NCBI GenBank assembly: GCA_022510625.1
Contig: JAFLTD010000002.1
Coordinates: 5,573-69,572 of the forward strand
Length of the DNA stretch: 64,000 bases
From: Lachnospiraceae bacterium
GTDB taxonomy: Bacteria > Bacillota > Clostridia > Lachnospirales > Lachnospiraceae
Direction of reading: 5' to 3'
Below are positions 49,041 to 58,916 of this stretch, one piece after another (the first letter of the stretch is position 1; the number at the start of each line of letters is the position of its first letter). Below the pieces are notes generated by a model. The model saw nothing but the letters and a program-made list of their open reading frames with translations. It did not search any database and was not told where the DNA came from. Both the position numbers and the translations under genes were made by a program.

Positions 49041-50051
49041 ATGGCAAGAAGAACTTTATACGGGACGGTTATCGTAACTTACAGATGTAACGCCCGATGC
49101 AATATGTGCGATTGTTTTAAGGATCCTACCCGGCCGGACGAGGAGATTACGCTGGAGGATATTAAGAAACTGCCGGAGATGGCGTTTACCAATATCACCG
49201 GCGGGGAGCCTTTCATCAGGCAGGATATTCCCGATATCGTGCGGGAACTGTACAAGAAATCCGACAGAATTGTCATTTCTACGAACGGATACTTTACGGA
49301 CAGGATCATCGCTCTGTGTAAGGAGTTCCCGAAAGTGGGAATCCGTATCAGTATTGAAGGATTACAAGCGACAAACGATGCGATCAGGGGAATACCGGAC
49401 GGTTTTAACAGGGGCTATGAGACATTAAAGACGCTGGTTGAGATGGGACATCCCGACGTGGGATTCGGTATGACGGTACAGGATATGAACTGCGAGGATC
49501 TGGTACCACTGTATAACATTGCCAACGACATGGGTATGGAGTTTGCGACGGCCACGCTGCACAACTCTTTCTATTTCAGAAAGACGGATAACAAGATTGA
49601 CGACAAGTACAAGGTCGCGCAGAATTTTGAGAAACTGATCAATGAGCTGCTTAAGAGTAAATCACCCAAGAAATGGTTCCGTGCGTATTTCAATCATGGG
49701 CTGATTAACTATATCTACGGTAATAAGCGGCTTCTGCCCTGTGATATGTCGAAAGATGCATTCTTTATCGATCCGTTCTGCGATGTGATTCCCTGCAACG
49801 GCATGGAGAAGAAGGCTGTGATGGGTAATCTGAGGGAACAGTCGTGGGACGAGCTGTGGAACTCGAGACAGGCGCAGGAGGTCCGGGAATGTACGAAGAA
49901 GTGTGACAGGAACTGCTGGATGATCGGGTCTGCATCACCGGCGATGCACAAATATATCTGGGTGCCCGGATGGTGGGTAGTAAAGCATAAATTCCTGAAA
50001 GGTGGAAAATACAGTCTGAAGGAGAATAAATATATTGAAAGATTTAGTTAG
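49041..50051 (+). CDS. Radical SAM protein with SPASM/twitch-type C-terminal Cys cluster
   Basis: CNARCNMC (CxxxCxxC), TGGEPF, STNG, ISIEG; C-terminal LPC...IDP..DVIPC...GNL....W...C...C...CW. Confidence 0.92.
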   Translation: MARRTLYGTVIVTYRCNARCNMCDCFKDPTRPDEEITLEDIKKLPEMAFTNITGGEPFIRQDIPDIVRELYKKSDRIVISTNGYFTDRIIALCKEFPKVGIRISIEGLQATNDAIRGIPDGFNRGYETLKTLVEMGHPDVGFGMTVQDMNCEDLVPLYNIANDMGMEFATATLHNSFYFRKTDNKIDDKYKVAQNFEKLINELLKSKSPKKWFRAYFNHGLINYIYGNKRLLPCDMSKDAFFIDPFCDVIPCNGMEKKAVMGNLREQSWDELWNSRQAQEVRECTKKCDRNCWMIGSASPAMHKYIWVPGWWVVKHKFLKGGKYSLKENKYIERFS

Positions 50052-52737
50052 GGTACAGGAGGTGCAGGGGAGTAAAAGGCGCACAATGCCTTATTATTTC
50101 ATGTATTCGATTCTGTTTATTGTTTTAGCCGGCTTGATCTACTCTGTTTTTGCGAAAAACAATAAGTCCTTTGTGTATACCCTCTACGGGGATGGGCATA
50201 TTTGCTTTAACTCTTTCGTCTATTACGGGAGATGGCTGCGGCATATAGGAATGACGCTGCTGCAGGAACACAGGCTTGCCATTCCCATGTGGGATATGAG
50301 TGTTGGCTACGGATCCGATATTGTGACTACATTTAACTGGATGACCATCGGTGATCCTTTAAATATACTGTCTGCTTTCGTGTCGGCGGACAGTGCGGAA
50401 TATTTGTACGATTTTCTTGCAATCTTCAGAATCTATCTGGCCGGTCTTACTTTTTCCGTTTTCGGTCTGTACCAGAGAAGAGACAGGACAGCTGTGCTGT
50501 GCGGAAGTCTGATTTATGCTTTTTGCGGATTTTCTCTGTTTGCCGGTGTTCGCGACGTCTATTTCATGAGCCCCATGGTCTATCTGCCTCTTCTTCTATT
50601 AGGTGTCGATAAGGTTTTTAAGAAAGAAAAGCCTTATGTGCTGGTGGTGACTGCCGCGCTGGCAGGCATTACCAACTTCTATTTTTTCTACATGTTGTCG
50701 GTATGGGTTTTCATCTATGGCATATACAGATATTTTATGTTGTTCGGCAAAGATGGATTAAATTTCAGACAGATCGCCGGCTGGTTGTTAAAATGCATTT
50801 GCTATTATCTCATTGGGGTTGCTGTTGCGGCGTTTATGCTGTTTCCGCTTATCATGAAACTGTTTGATTCGGAGCGGTTTGCGCATCAGGATTATATTCC
50901 GATTCTCTATTCCTTTGACTATTACAGGAAGATTTTTATAAGATTTATTACGACGGAATCTACGGATTACTGGACACATTTGGGGTACACGCCGCTTGGT
51001 CTGATTGCCGTGTTTGTTTTGTGGATCAGAAAGGACAGAAAATATCTTCCGTATAAAATCGCTTTTGTCATGTGTGTTCTGTTTATGATGATTCCGGCAG
51101 TGGGTTCACTGATGAATGCCGGATCATATGTGACGAACAGGTGGATATGGGCATTTTCCATGCTTGTCGCATATATTTTTGTCGTGATTTATCCGGAGTT
51201 GTTTCAGCTTAGCGTCAAGGAAAAGTTGTATTTGATCTTATTGTGCTGCGGATACAGTTTATTGTGCCTGATCGGTGCAGAAACCAAGACGTTCCAGATG
51301 GCGGTCATGAACGCCATTCTGCTCATGGGATTGCTGCTTTTGTTGGCAGGAGATTACATGGAGAGTCATCCGGGAGTGTGGAAATCTCTCGTATTGTTCA
51401 GCGTATTTGCGGGTATTGCAGCAAACGGAATTCTGCGGTATGCAGCGTTTGGAAGCAATTATGCCAACGGATTTGTTGACAATGGTACGGCATGGAAATA
51501 CATTCATGATGACCTGCCCAGCCGGTCAATAGAGAATATGGCGGATGCCGATATCGTACGCTATGATTCACTGGGGACACTTGAGCCCATGTACAATACG
51601 GCGATGAATCATAATTTAAACGGAACGGACTTCTATTTTAGTCTGGCGGATGGCAATATCACGCGGTTTTTCGATGAGCTGTATGTCAATGTGGAGATGG
51701 AACACCGCTATAAAGGGGTGGACGAGAGAACCATATTGGAACGTCTGGCAGGGGTAAAATATTGTATCGTGGGTGAAAAGAGCGTTGATTTTGTCCCGTA
51801 TGGCTATGATGAAGCGGTCGTATCTACCGATCAATATACGGTTTATGAGAATAAGGATGCGCCCGGGATAAGCTATACCTATGACTCGTATCTGCCTCAG
51901 GAAGAATATGATGAGCTGCCGGCTGTCCGTAAGCAGCAGGCACTGTTGCAGTGTGCCGCTGTGGAATCTTCCGCCTTGCGTAAGGCGGTTCCCACTTTTA
52001 ATGAGCGTGAACTGCCCTATCGGATTGAGGGCGGTGAGGGTATCGAAGTGCAGCAGGACAGGATCGTGGTTTCGGATGTCAATGCGCATGTCACTGTTTC
52101 GACAGAGGCTGTGGCGGACAGCGAAATATATCTGGTGTGGGACGATATTCTCTATGAGAGACGCGCCGCTACGGACTGGGAAGAGAGCCTGATCAGCTAT
52201 ACGAGGAACCAAAGTACCAAGACACAGTTGTTGTATTCGAGTAAACACCCGTTTTATCATAATCGCGACGACTATATCATTAACATGGGATATACCGATG
52301 AGGACGGACCGATACAAATCGCAATACAGTTTGCACAACCGGGTACTTATTATTATAATAGTCTTACGGTGACAGCCCAGCCGATGGAGCTTGTTGACGA
52401 CCGGACCAAGAGACTTTCGAACGATCATCTTGACAATCTTGTGATAGAAGATAACAAGATAAGCGGCACCCTGAATCTTGGGGAGAATAAGCTGCTGTGT
52501 ATGGCTGTGCCGTACAGTTTGGGGTGGAGCGCATATATAGACGGTGAACCGGTGGAGACTATGAGAGTAAATAATGTGTATCTCGGCATCGAAGTGGGGC
52601 CGGGAGAGCATCGGATCGTATTTCGGTATGTAACGCCGGGATTCTATGTGGGACTGGTTACCAGTTTACTGGGAGTGATTGGTTTGGTCGGGATTGTAAT
52701 CTTTGCAGAGGTAACGAAACGGAGGAAAATGAGATGA
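50035..52737 (+). CDS. YfhO-family GT-C membrane glycosyltransferase
   Basis: About 900 aa; WD...GYGSD, GDPLN, YAFCG, NFYFFYM, NRW, C-terminal VPYSLGWSAYIDG...G.H.I.F.Y.TPG. Confidence 0.85.
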   Translation: MKDLVRVQEVQGSKRRTMPYYFMYSILFIVLAGLIYSVFAKNNKSFVYTLYGDGHICFNSFVYYGRWLRHIGMTLLQEHRLAIPMWDMSVGYGSDIVTTFNWMTIGDPLNILSAFVSADSAEYLYDFLAIFRIYLAGLTFSVFGLYQRRDRTAVLCGSLIYAFCGFSLFAGVRDVYFMSPMVYLPLLLLGVDKVFKKEKPYVLVVTAALAGITNFYFFYMLSVWVFIYGIYRYFMLFGKDGLNFRQIAGWLLKCICYYLIGVAVAAFMLFPLIMKLFDSERFAHQDYIPILYSFDYYRKIFIRFITTESTDYWTHLGYTPLGLIAVFVLWIRKDRKYLPYKIAFVMCVLFMMIPAVGSLMNAGSYVTNRWIWAFSMLVAYIFVVIYPELFQLSVKEKLYLILLCCGYSLLCLIGAETKTFQMAVMNAILLMGLLLLLAGDYMESHPGVWKSLVLFSVFAGIAANGILRYAAFGSNYANGFVDNGTAWKYIHDDLPSRSIENMADADIVRYDSLGTLEPMYNTAMNHNLNGTDFYFSLADGNITRFFDELYVNVEMEHRYKGVDERTILERLAGVKYCIVGEKSVDFVPYGYDEAVVSTDQYTVYENKDAPGISYTYDSYLPQEEYDELPAVRKQQALLQCAAVESSALRKAVPTFNERELPYRIEGGEGIEVQQDRIVVSDVNAHVTVSTEAVADSEIYLVWDDILYERRAATDWEESLISYTRNQSTKTQLLYSSKHPFYHNRDDYIINMGYTDEDGPIQIAIQFAQPGTYYYNSLTVTAQPMELVDDRTKRLSNDHLDNLVIEDNKISGTLNLGENKLLCMAVPYSLGWSAYIDGEPVETMRVNNVYLGIEVGPGEHRIVFRYVTPGFYVGLVTSLLGVIGLVGIVIFAEVTKRRKMR

Positions 52738-53867
52738 GAGTGATGTATGTTGCTCCTCGTTTTCATACCAATCAATGTGCGGTGGTTAAAGGATGGATTG
52801 AGAGGGGAGACAAGGTATCCTTTATCAGCCACTATAAGGCCATTATAGAAGATTATTCTTATATAGAGCCGATTGTACTCGGATATTCTCCGATTTATCG
52901 GTTGATAGATTTTCTCTATGTGAATGTAGTACACAGAAAGAATCCTGAGGCTATCGTATATAAGATACAGCATGGATTTCCGCCGATTCTAAAACTTCGT
53001 AAAATGATCAAATCTTTTCGACCGGATGCGGTCATTGTGCGTGAGAAGTCCATGTATTCTATGGTGACCTATTGGCTTTGTAAAAGACAGGGTTTTCCAT
53101 GCATTTTGTATAATCAGAATCCGCTTTGGTCGGAACCGGACAAAACCGATCTGCTGCATCGGCTGGTGAATAAACTGTCCCCCGAGATGCGCATGACACC
53201 GGTACTTGGCGTGCAGAAACCCGGGACGACTGTGAAGGAGAATGATTTTTTCGTCCCCTTTGTGGCAGAGTCACAGGCGGCACCTGAGGAGAGAACCTAT
53301 TTTGCCGATGCAAGAATCAATATCCTGTGCATTGGCAAATATGAGATCAGAAAGCACCACCTGATGTTGCTGGAAGTTGTAGAGGAGTTACAGAAACAAT
53401 ATCCGATCAATCTTACCCTGATTGGCGAAGCTACCACTCGTTTTCAGAAAGAATATCATGAAAAGGTGGAAACATATGTAAAAGAGCACCATATGGAGCA
53501 GTTTGTGACGGTGAAAACCAATGTGCCCAGAAAGGATATGGATGGCGAGTATAGAAATGCTGATATTTATGTGATTCCCAGCACAAGAGAAACGGCCTCG
53601 GTCTCCCAGCTTGAGGCGATGAGTTTTTCGCTTCCCGTCATCTGCAGTGATACAAACGGTACTGCAAGTTATGTTGAAGACAGCGTCACAGGATATCGAT
53701 TTAAAGATTGTGACAAGGAAGATCTTAAGAAGAAATTGGAACTGCTTGTGTCGGATAGGGAGCAGATCCGCCGTATGGGAGCGGCGGGGTACAGGGCGGT
53801 AGAAGAGAAATATCATTTTCAGAGATACTATGACGGTGTTACGGAAATCTTGAAGCATATTAACTAA
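52734..53867 (+). CDS. GT4 glycosyltransferase
   Basis: IGKYEIRK, PSTRETASVSQLEAM...LPVICSD. Confidence 0.85.
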   Translation: MRVMYVAPRFHTNQCAVVKGWIERGDKVSFISHYKAIIEDYSYIEPIVLGYSPIYRLIDFLYVNVVHRKNPEAIVYKIQHGFPPILKLRKMIKSFRPDAVIVREKSMYSMVTYWLCKRQGFPCILYNQNPLWSEPDKTDLLHRLVNKLSPEMRMTPVLGVQKPGTTVKENDFFVPFVAESQAAPEERTYFADARINILCIGKYEIRKHHLMLLEVVEELQKQYPINLTLIGEATTRFQKEYHEKVETYVKEHHMEQFVTVKTNVPRKDMDGEYRNADIYVIPSTRETASVSQLEAMSFSLPVICSDTNGTASYVEDSVTGYRFKDCDKEDLKKKLELLVSDREQIRRMGAAGYRAVEEKYHFQRYYDGVTEILKHIN

Positions 53868-53872
53868 CCATG

Positions 53873-53929
53873 CAAAACCGGGTTTTGTCGCAAAAGAGAT
53901 TGGACTGATTGTTCGATTTGCGGTATAAT
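53873..53929 (+). promoter_or_regulatory. Perfect palindrome (candidate operator) plus putative sigma-A promoter
   Basis: CAAAACC-G-GGTTTTG at 53873-53887; TTGGAC/TGGACT at about 53900-53906; TATAAT at 53924-53929. Confidence 0.5.
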
Positions 53930-53972
53930 AAATAGATTGTTTACGTAATAGGATATCGGAAGCGGAGAGCCT

Positions 53973-54554
53973 ATGATAGATAGCAGAGAAACATTAAAAC
54001 GGTATTTGGAACAGGACAGGCTGGCCCTTGGCAGAAAACAGGACAAAAGGCCAAGACTGTACGGTGATGAGATTTGGAAATTTGAAATTCTGCTCAGGAA
54101 AGTAGAATATTATATTAATTGCAGATCGGGAATTTTTGCGTCTGTGCTGACTGCATATTATAAATTCCGTTTTCACAGAATCAGCGTCAAACTTGGATTC
54201 AGCATCCCGCCCAATGTCTTTGCAGAGGGATTGGCGATTCCGCACTACGGCAATATTGTTGTGCATGCCAACACAAGGGCCGGTAAGAACTGCAGGCTGC
54301 AGGAAGGTGTAAATATCGGAGCTACGAACGGCAGCCATGAAGCAGCAGTGATCGGAGACAATTGCTTCTTCGGAAGCGGTGTCAAGGTCATAGGTCCGGT
54401 AAAAATTGCGGATGATGTGGCAGTGGGAGCAGGAGCCGTGGTGACCAGAGATATCACCGAGGCGGGAACAACCTGGGCCGGCGTACCTGCAGCAAAAATC
54501 AGTGATAATGATTCCCATAGCAATCTGTGCCGGGATTTGTTTGATAACCAATAA
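53973..54554 (+). CDS. Hexapeptide-repeat O-acetyltransferase (CysE/WcaB-like)
   Basis: GLAIPHYG.IVV, GVNIG, IGDNCFFGSG, VGAGAVVTRD, WAGVPA. Confidence 0.85.
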   Translation: MIDSRETLKRYLEQDRLALGRKQDKRPRLYGDEIWKFEILLRKVEYYINCRSGIFASVLTAYYKFRFHRISVKLGFSIPPNVFAEGLAIPHYGNIVVHANTRAGKNCRLQEGVNIGATNGSHEAAVIGDNCFFGSGVKVIGPVKIADDVAVGAGAVVTRDITEAGTTWAGVPAAKISDNDSHSNLCRDLFDNQ

Positions 54555-54578
54555 CGAAGAAAGGGCAAGGCAGTATAC

Positions 54579-56351
54579 ATGATTAAAGGAAAAGCTGCCG
54601 GCTTATTGACAAAGCTGGGTTATATATTCAGTAAAAAAGATAAAAGAAAAATAGGACTGCTCTTATTTGCCATTGTTATCGGAAGTTTTATGGAATTGAT
54701 AGGTGTCACTGTCTTTATGCCCTATATCACCATTATTTCAGATCCGGCAAGTATTGAGAAAACATGGTATTTGAAATTTATTTACGATTTTTTTCATTTC
54801 CGAAGCGCGACGGATTTTCTGGCTGTGATTTCCATCGGCATCATATTGGTCTTCATAATTAAAAATTTCTATCTGGTTATACTGCGTGACCGGATTTTCA
54901 AGTTTACCTATAATACGCAGATGCGTCTGTCCAACAAGCTGCTTGTCACATATATGAAAGAACCATATATGTTTCATTTAAATAAAAATATTGCAGAGAT
55001 GCAAAGAAGCCTTCAGGATGACACCAGTTATTTCCTGCAGGTGATTTTGTATGGCTTGGAACTGATTACTGAGTTGACGGTGTGCGCCGTGTTGGGCATA
55101 TATCTTTTGACCGTCAGTAAGTCCATTATCATTATAGTCCTTGCACTGCTGTTTATTTGCGTGGGAGGATTTCTGTTTATAACGAGGAAGTATACAAGAA
55201 AAATCGGACAGCAAAATCAGATCTACAGAGGGCGGATATTTCAATGGATGAATCAGGCGCTCGGCGGTATCAAGGAGATTAAGATTCTTGGCAGAGAGCA
55301 GTATTTCAGCGAGGAATACCAAAAGTATTATGCGAAATATGCAAGAGGTCTCAGAATCAGCAGAACAATCTCAATTCTTCCAAAACACGTTGTGGAAGCG
55401 GTCTGTATGTCCGGGCTTCTTCTGGCTATTATCGTGAAAATGTATTTTGGATATGCAGATTTTACGGTTTATATTCCACAGCTCGGTGTGTTTGCCGTAG
55501 CGGCATTTCGTTTGATGCCGAGTGTCGGTAAGATCAATGAATACACGACAAATATGCTGTATGCGCTGCCTTCCGTGGACTTGGTCTATCATGATTTGAA
55601 AGAAATAGAAACTTATGTGGAGAAACAGGATGCGGAAGTGAAAGAAGAGTGGCAGCTTACCCGGGAAATCCGAGTGGAAGATGTCACCTATTATTACCCC
55701 AATGTGAAGGAAGCCGTTATCAAGGAGGCAAGTCTATGCATCCCGAAAGGCAAGACAGTGGCCTTTATCGGGCCGTCCGGTGCCGGTAAGACGACGATGG
55801 TAGATATTATTCTCGGGCTGCTTACACCTCAGTCCGGCAGGGTGATGGCGGATCAGATGAATGTGCATGATAAACCTAAGACATGGCATTCGCAGATCGG
55901 TTACATTCCACAGGTCATTTACCTCTCGGATGACACGATCCGCAACAATATTGCTTTTGGTGTAAGAGAAGCAGAAATCAGTGAAGAGGCAGTGATGGAG
56001 GCGGCAAGAAAAGCACAGTTGATGGATTTTATCAATGAATTACCGGAAGGGTTGAACACTCTTGTAGGTGATAGGGGCGTCAGATTGTCAGGCGGCCAAA
56101 GGCAGAGGATAGGTATCGCCAGGGCTTTATATCATGATCCGGAAATTCTGGTGCTGGACGAAGCGACTTCTGCACTGGACAGCGACACGGAAGCAGCCGT
56201 CATGGAAGCGATTGAGAAGTTACAGGGAATGAAGACCATGATTATTATTGCGCATAGGCTGACTACTATCAAAAATGCCGATGTGATTTATGCGGTAGAG
56301 GACGGAAAAGTAGAGAAAAAGGATAAGAAGGAAGTATTGGAGAGAGCATGA
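54579..56351 (+). CDS. Single-chain ABC exporter, PglK/MsbA-like flippase 2 (paralog of 26088..27887)
   Basis: GPSGAGKTT, IGYIPQ, LSGGQRQR, DEATSALD; TM domain colinear with the first copy. Confidence 0.85.
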   Translation: MIKGKAAGLLTKLGYIFSKKDKRKIGLLLFAIVIGSFMELIGVTVFMPYITIISDPASIEKTWYLKFIYDFFHFRSATDFLAVISIGIILVFIIKNFYLVILRDRIFKFTYNTQMRLSNKLLVTYMKEPYMFHLNKNIAEMQRSLQDDTSYFLQVILYGLELITELTVCAVLGIYLLTVSKSIIIIVLALLFICVGGFLFITRKYTRKIGQQNQIYRGRIFQWMNQALGGIKEIKILGREQYFSEEYQKYYAKYARGLRISRTISILPKHVVEAVCMSGLLLAIIVKMYFGYADFTVYIPQLGVFAVAAFRLMPSVGKINEYTTNMLYALPSVDLVYHDLKEIETYVEKQDAEVKEEWQLTREIRVEDVTYYYPNVKEAVIKEASLCIPKGKTVAFIGPSGAGKTTMVDIILGLLTPQSGRVMADQMNVHDKPKTWHSQIGYIPQVIYLSDDTIRNNIAFGVREAEISEEAVMEAARKAQLMDFINELPEGLNTLVGDRGVRLSGGQRQRIGIARALYHDPEILVLDEATSALDSDTEAAVMEAIEKLQGMKTMIIIAHRLTTIKNADVIYAVEDGKVEKKDKKEVLERA

Positions 56352-58873
56352 AACAATTGAGTAAACGTGCATGGATCATTATAGCCATTCAGACGGCGGT
56401 TATTCTTGTGCCGGTTCTGTTCGCCGTGTTTGCCAAAACCGAAGCGCATGAAGAAATCGTATCCCAAACAGACAGTGTCGTCATTATGACAGGAGAAGAA
56501 AATACCCTGACTCAGGCATGGCAGGCAGAGAGTAAGAGTATTGACGGTTTCGAATTGCATACAGATATGAATCAGAGCAGGAACCTGAGCGGCAGTATCA
56601 GACTCTCGCTGAAAGAGGAAAGAGAGAGCACAGAATTTCTGTGCAGCGCGGAAGTAGGATTAGAGACCGCAGCGGGCGACGGTTCATACATGTTTGAGCT
56701 GCCCCGGACAAGTCTGGAGTTGGGAAGACGATATTTTTTTGAATTGGAATTAACGTCTCAGCCGGATACCGAACTGGCCATCTTATCAAACAGCAATTAC
56801 GGCGGATTGGTAATGCAGGGTGAAGAAGTACGGGGGGCTGTTGCGGGGAGTGTGTTGTATAAAACTCCGCGGACTGCTGCCTGGCTTGTACGTATTTGCT
56901 TAATGTTTACCGCAATTTCCGTCATAGTCGCACTCTTTTATAATAGACGCTTTGAAGAAGTGTTGGGCATGACCTTCGGAATAGTATTCCTCTACGTGTA
57001 TATTTTCGGCTGTTTCGAACAGTTGAAATTCGGGGTACAGTCCCTGTTTACAATCAGTATGATAGCTGCGATTTCCTGCCCGCTGCTTATCCGGATTAAA
57101 GGCAGGAAAATGAAGGACATCATCACACCTGGAATGATCGCATTCTGGGGATTGTTCATACTGTATTTTATTCTTGACCGCAATGTAGTGGCGGGAAAGG
57201 TAGATGATTTAAATCACTGGCAATTGTGTGTCCGGGATATGTGGTATTTTGATTCCTATGCGTTTCATCCGGGAACTACAGTGCAATTTGGCCGGTATAC
57301 ACCGGGATTTGCCACCATAGAGTACCTTTTCCTCTATCTGTATGGGACATACAGGGAGGGAATTCTCATGCTGGCATGCCATACCATAGGATTTGCCATG
57401 CTGAGTATTCTGTATTCCGGAGTCAGATGGAGACAGTGTCATAAGGTAATTCCGTTGACCTGGCTGATTGCGGCACTTCCCATCTTGATTTATCAGAGCC
57501 ATTACGGAATCATGTATGTAGATGCCTATCTGGGAATCGTGGGGGCATATCTGCTGATCAGTTACTTCACGGAAGAACACAGCAGATTTAATCTTGTACG
57601 GATTACCATTGGGTCGGTCTTTCTGATTATGATCAAAGAGATGGGACTGATCATTGCCGGTACGGTTTATGTGATAATACTGTTGGATATTTTATATCAT
57701 CACAAGAAGATTAAGCCTTTTATCAAGGATCGATATACTCTGAAATATGTTATCTCCGGATGTATTTCTCTGGTTTCTTTCGCATCATGGCATGTGTACA
57801 TCAATGTTGTGGGAACCAAATACGGACTTGTTCAAAATGCGTATGCTTTATTTAGTTTTCTTACCGGTTCGGCAAAGGACAATATATGGCAAAACAGTGC
57901 TTTGGTTGCTTCCGCATCGAATTCCGTGGCGTTTCATGCGTCATCATCCACGCAGCTTGCTCAGACAGAGCAGATAGTCGTGAATGCTACTGCCATGGAA
58001 ACTATCAGGGAAATGGTTCGTTGGCTGTTGCGCGAAAAGGCCTTTATAGGCGGTTCATATGCGGAATTGACGCTCCTTGTGATATTGCTTTGTGCCGCAA
58101 TCGGGATGGGCGGTCTGTATCAAAAACTCCGGCTTCCCATGCAGCGGATCATAGGATATTTGCTGATAGGAACCGCAATGTACACAGCCGCTTTGGTGGT
58201 ATGTTATATTTTCCTGTTCCGTGAAGCATCAGCTATACCTGCGGCAAGGCGGTATATGGGATCTTACCTTCTGGTATTTCTGATTACCGTAGCCGGCACA
58301 ATGATCGTCAAGATTAATATGTGGGAAGAGAGTGAAAAACCGGGATGGAAGCATCCCTTGGTCTGGATTATTTGTGCTTTCATCATTTTAAATGTTCCGG
58401 GCGGCCATGAGTATTATTCTACCGCGGAGAATTTTGGGGATTATTTTACCACATGGCAATATCATCAGACGATCGGAGAGGTGTTCAGAAGCTTTGCGGA
58501 CAAGGACGAAAAAGTATTCTATGTGGAATATTCGGACAGTAACCTGGTTCCGGAATATAATCGGTTGACATTCATGAATGCTGTCGTTCCTAACCGGACT
58601 CAGAGTTTGACTGCAGGAAGGAAGCTTGTTGTATCGGGTGAACACCCTTTTATCAACTCTGTTGCAAAATACAGTCGGGAAGAATGGGAAAAGCTATTGA
58701 GAGAGCAATATTCCTACGTATATCTCAGAACCGTGGATGATTATTTTGTGATAAATTACGGAGGCCTGTTTGAAGATTGTGATCAGATCGTGAACGGGGG
58801 GATTTATTTTGTTGATGTCACAGGAGACGGCGGAATTCTACTGAGACAAATTGCTTTTAAGGATTTAAATTGA
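56348..58873 (+). CDS. Large polytopic membrane protein with N-terminal extracellular domain (GT-C-like, inferred)
   Basis: DDLNHW acidic loop motif, YTPG, YVDA, IKE.G, ARRYMGSY; about 12 or more TM helices. Confidence 0.55.
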   Translation: MKQLSKRAWIIIAIQTAVILVPVLFAVFAKTEAHEEIVSQTDSVVIMTGEENTLTQAWQAESKSIDGFELHTDMNQSRNLSGSIRLSLKEERESTEFLCSAEVGLETAAGDGSYMFELPRTSLELGRRYFFELELTSQPDTELAILSNSNYGGLVMQGEEVRGAVAGSVLYKTPRTAAWLVRICLMFTAISVIVALFYNRRFEEVLGMTFGIVFLYVYIFGCFEQLKFGVQSLFTISMIAAISCPLLIRIKGRKMKDIITPGMIAFWGLFILYFILDRNVVAGKVDDLNHWQLCVRDMWYFDSYAFHPGTTVQFGRYTPGFATIEYLFLYLYGTYREGILMLACHTIGFAMLSILYSGVRWRQCHKVIPLTWLIAALPILIYQSHYGIMYVDAYLGIVGAYLLISYFTEEHSRFNLVRITIGSVFLIMIKEMGLIIAGTVYVIILLDILYHHKKIKPFIKDRYTLKYVISGCISLVSFASWHVYINVVGTKYGLVQNAYALFSFLTGSAKDNIWQNSALVASASNSVAFHASSSTQLAQTEQIVVNATAMETIREMVRWLLREKAFIGGSYAELTLLVILLCAAIGMGGLYQKLRLPMQRIIGYLLIGTAMYTAALVVCYIFLFREASAIPAARRYMGSYLLVFLITVAGTMIVKINMWEESEKPGWKHPLVWIICAFIILNVPGGHEYYSTAENFGDYFTTWQYHQTIGEVFRSFADKDEKVFYVEYSDSNLVPEYNRLTFMNAVVPNRTQSLTAGRKLVVSGEHPFINSVAKYSREEWEKLLREQYSYVYLRTVDDYFVINYGGLFEDCDQIVNGGIYFVDVTGDGGILLRQIAFKDLN

Positions 58874-58916
58874 CATGGGTACTATTTCTTAGATTGCATG
58901 AGAAAAGGAGTCTATC

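Noticed and set aside
53973-54554. Housekeeping cysE or pglD
   Set aside because: Lacks the full CysE N-terminal helical domain and the PglD Rossmann-like domain; context fits a polysaccharide O-acetyltransferase
58870-58900. Perfect TTGACA overlapping the 56348..58873 stop codon
   Set aside because: No acceptable -10 hexamer at 16-18 nt spacing
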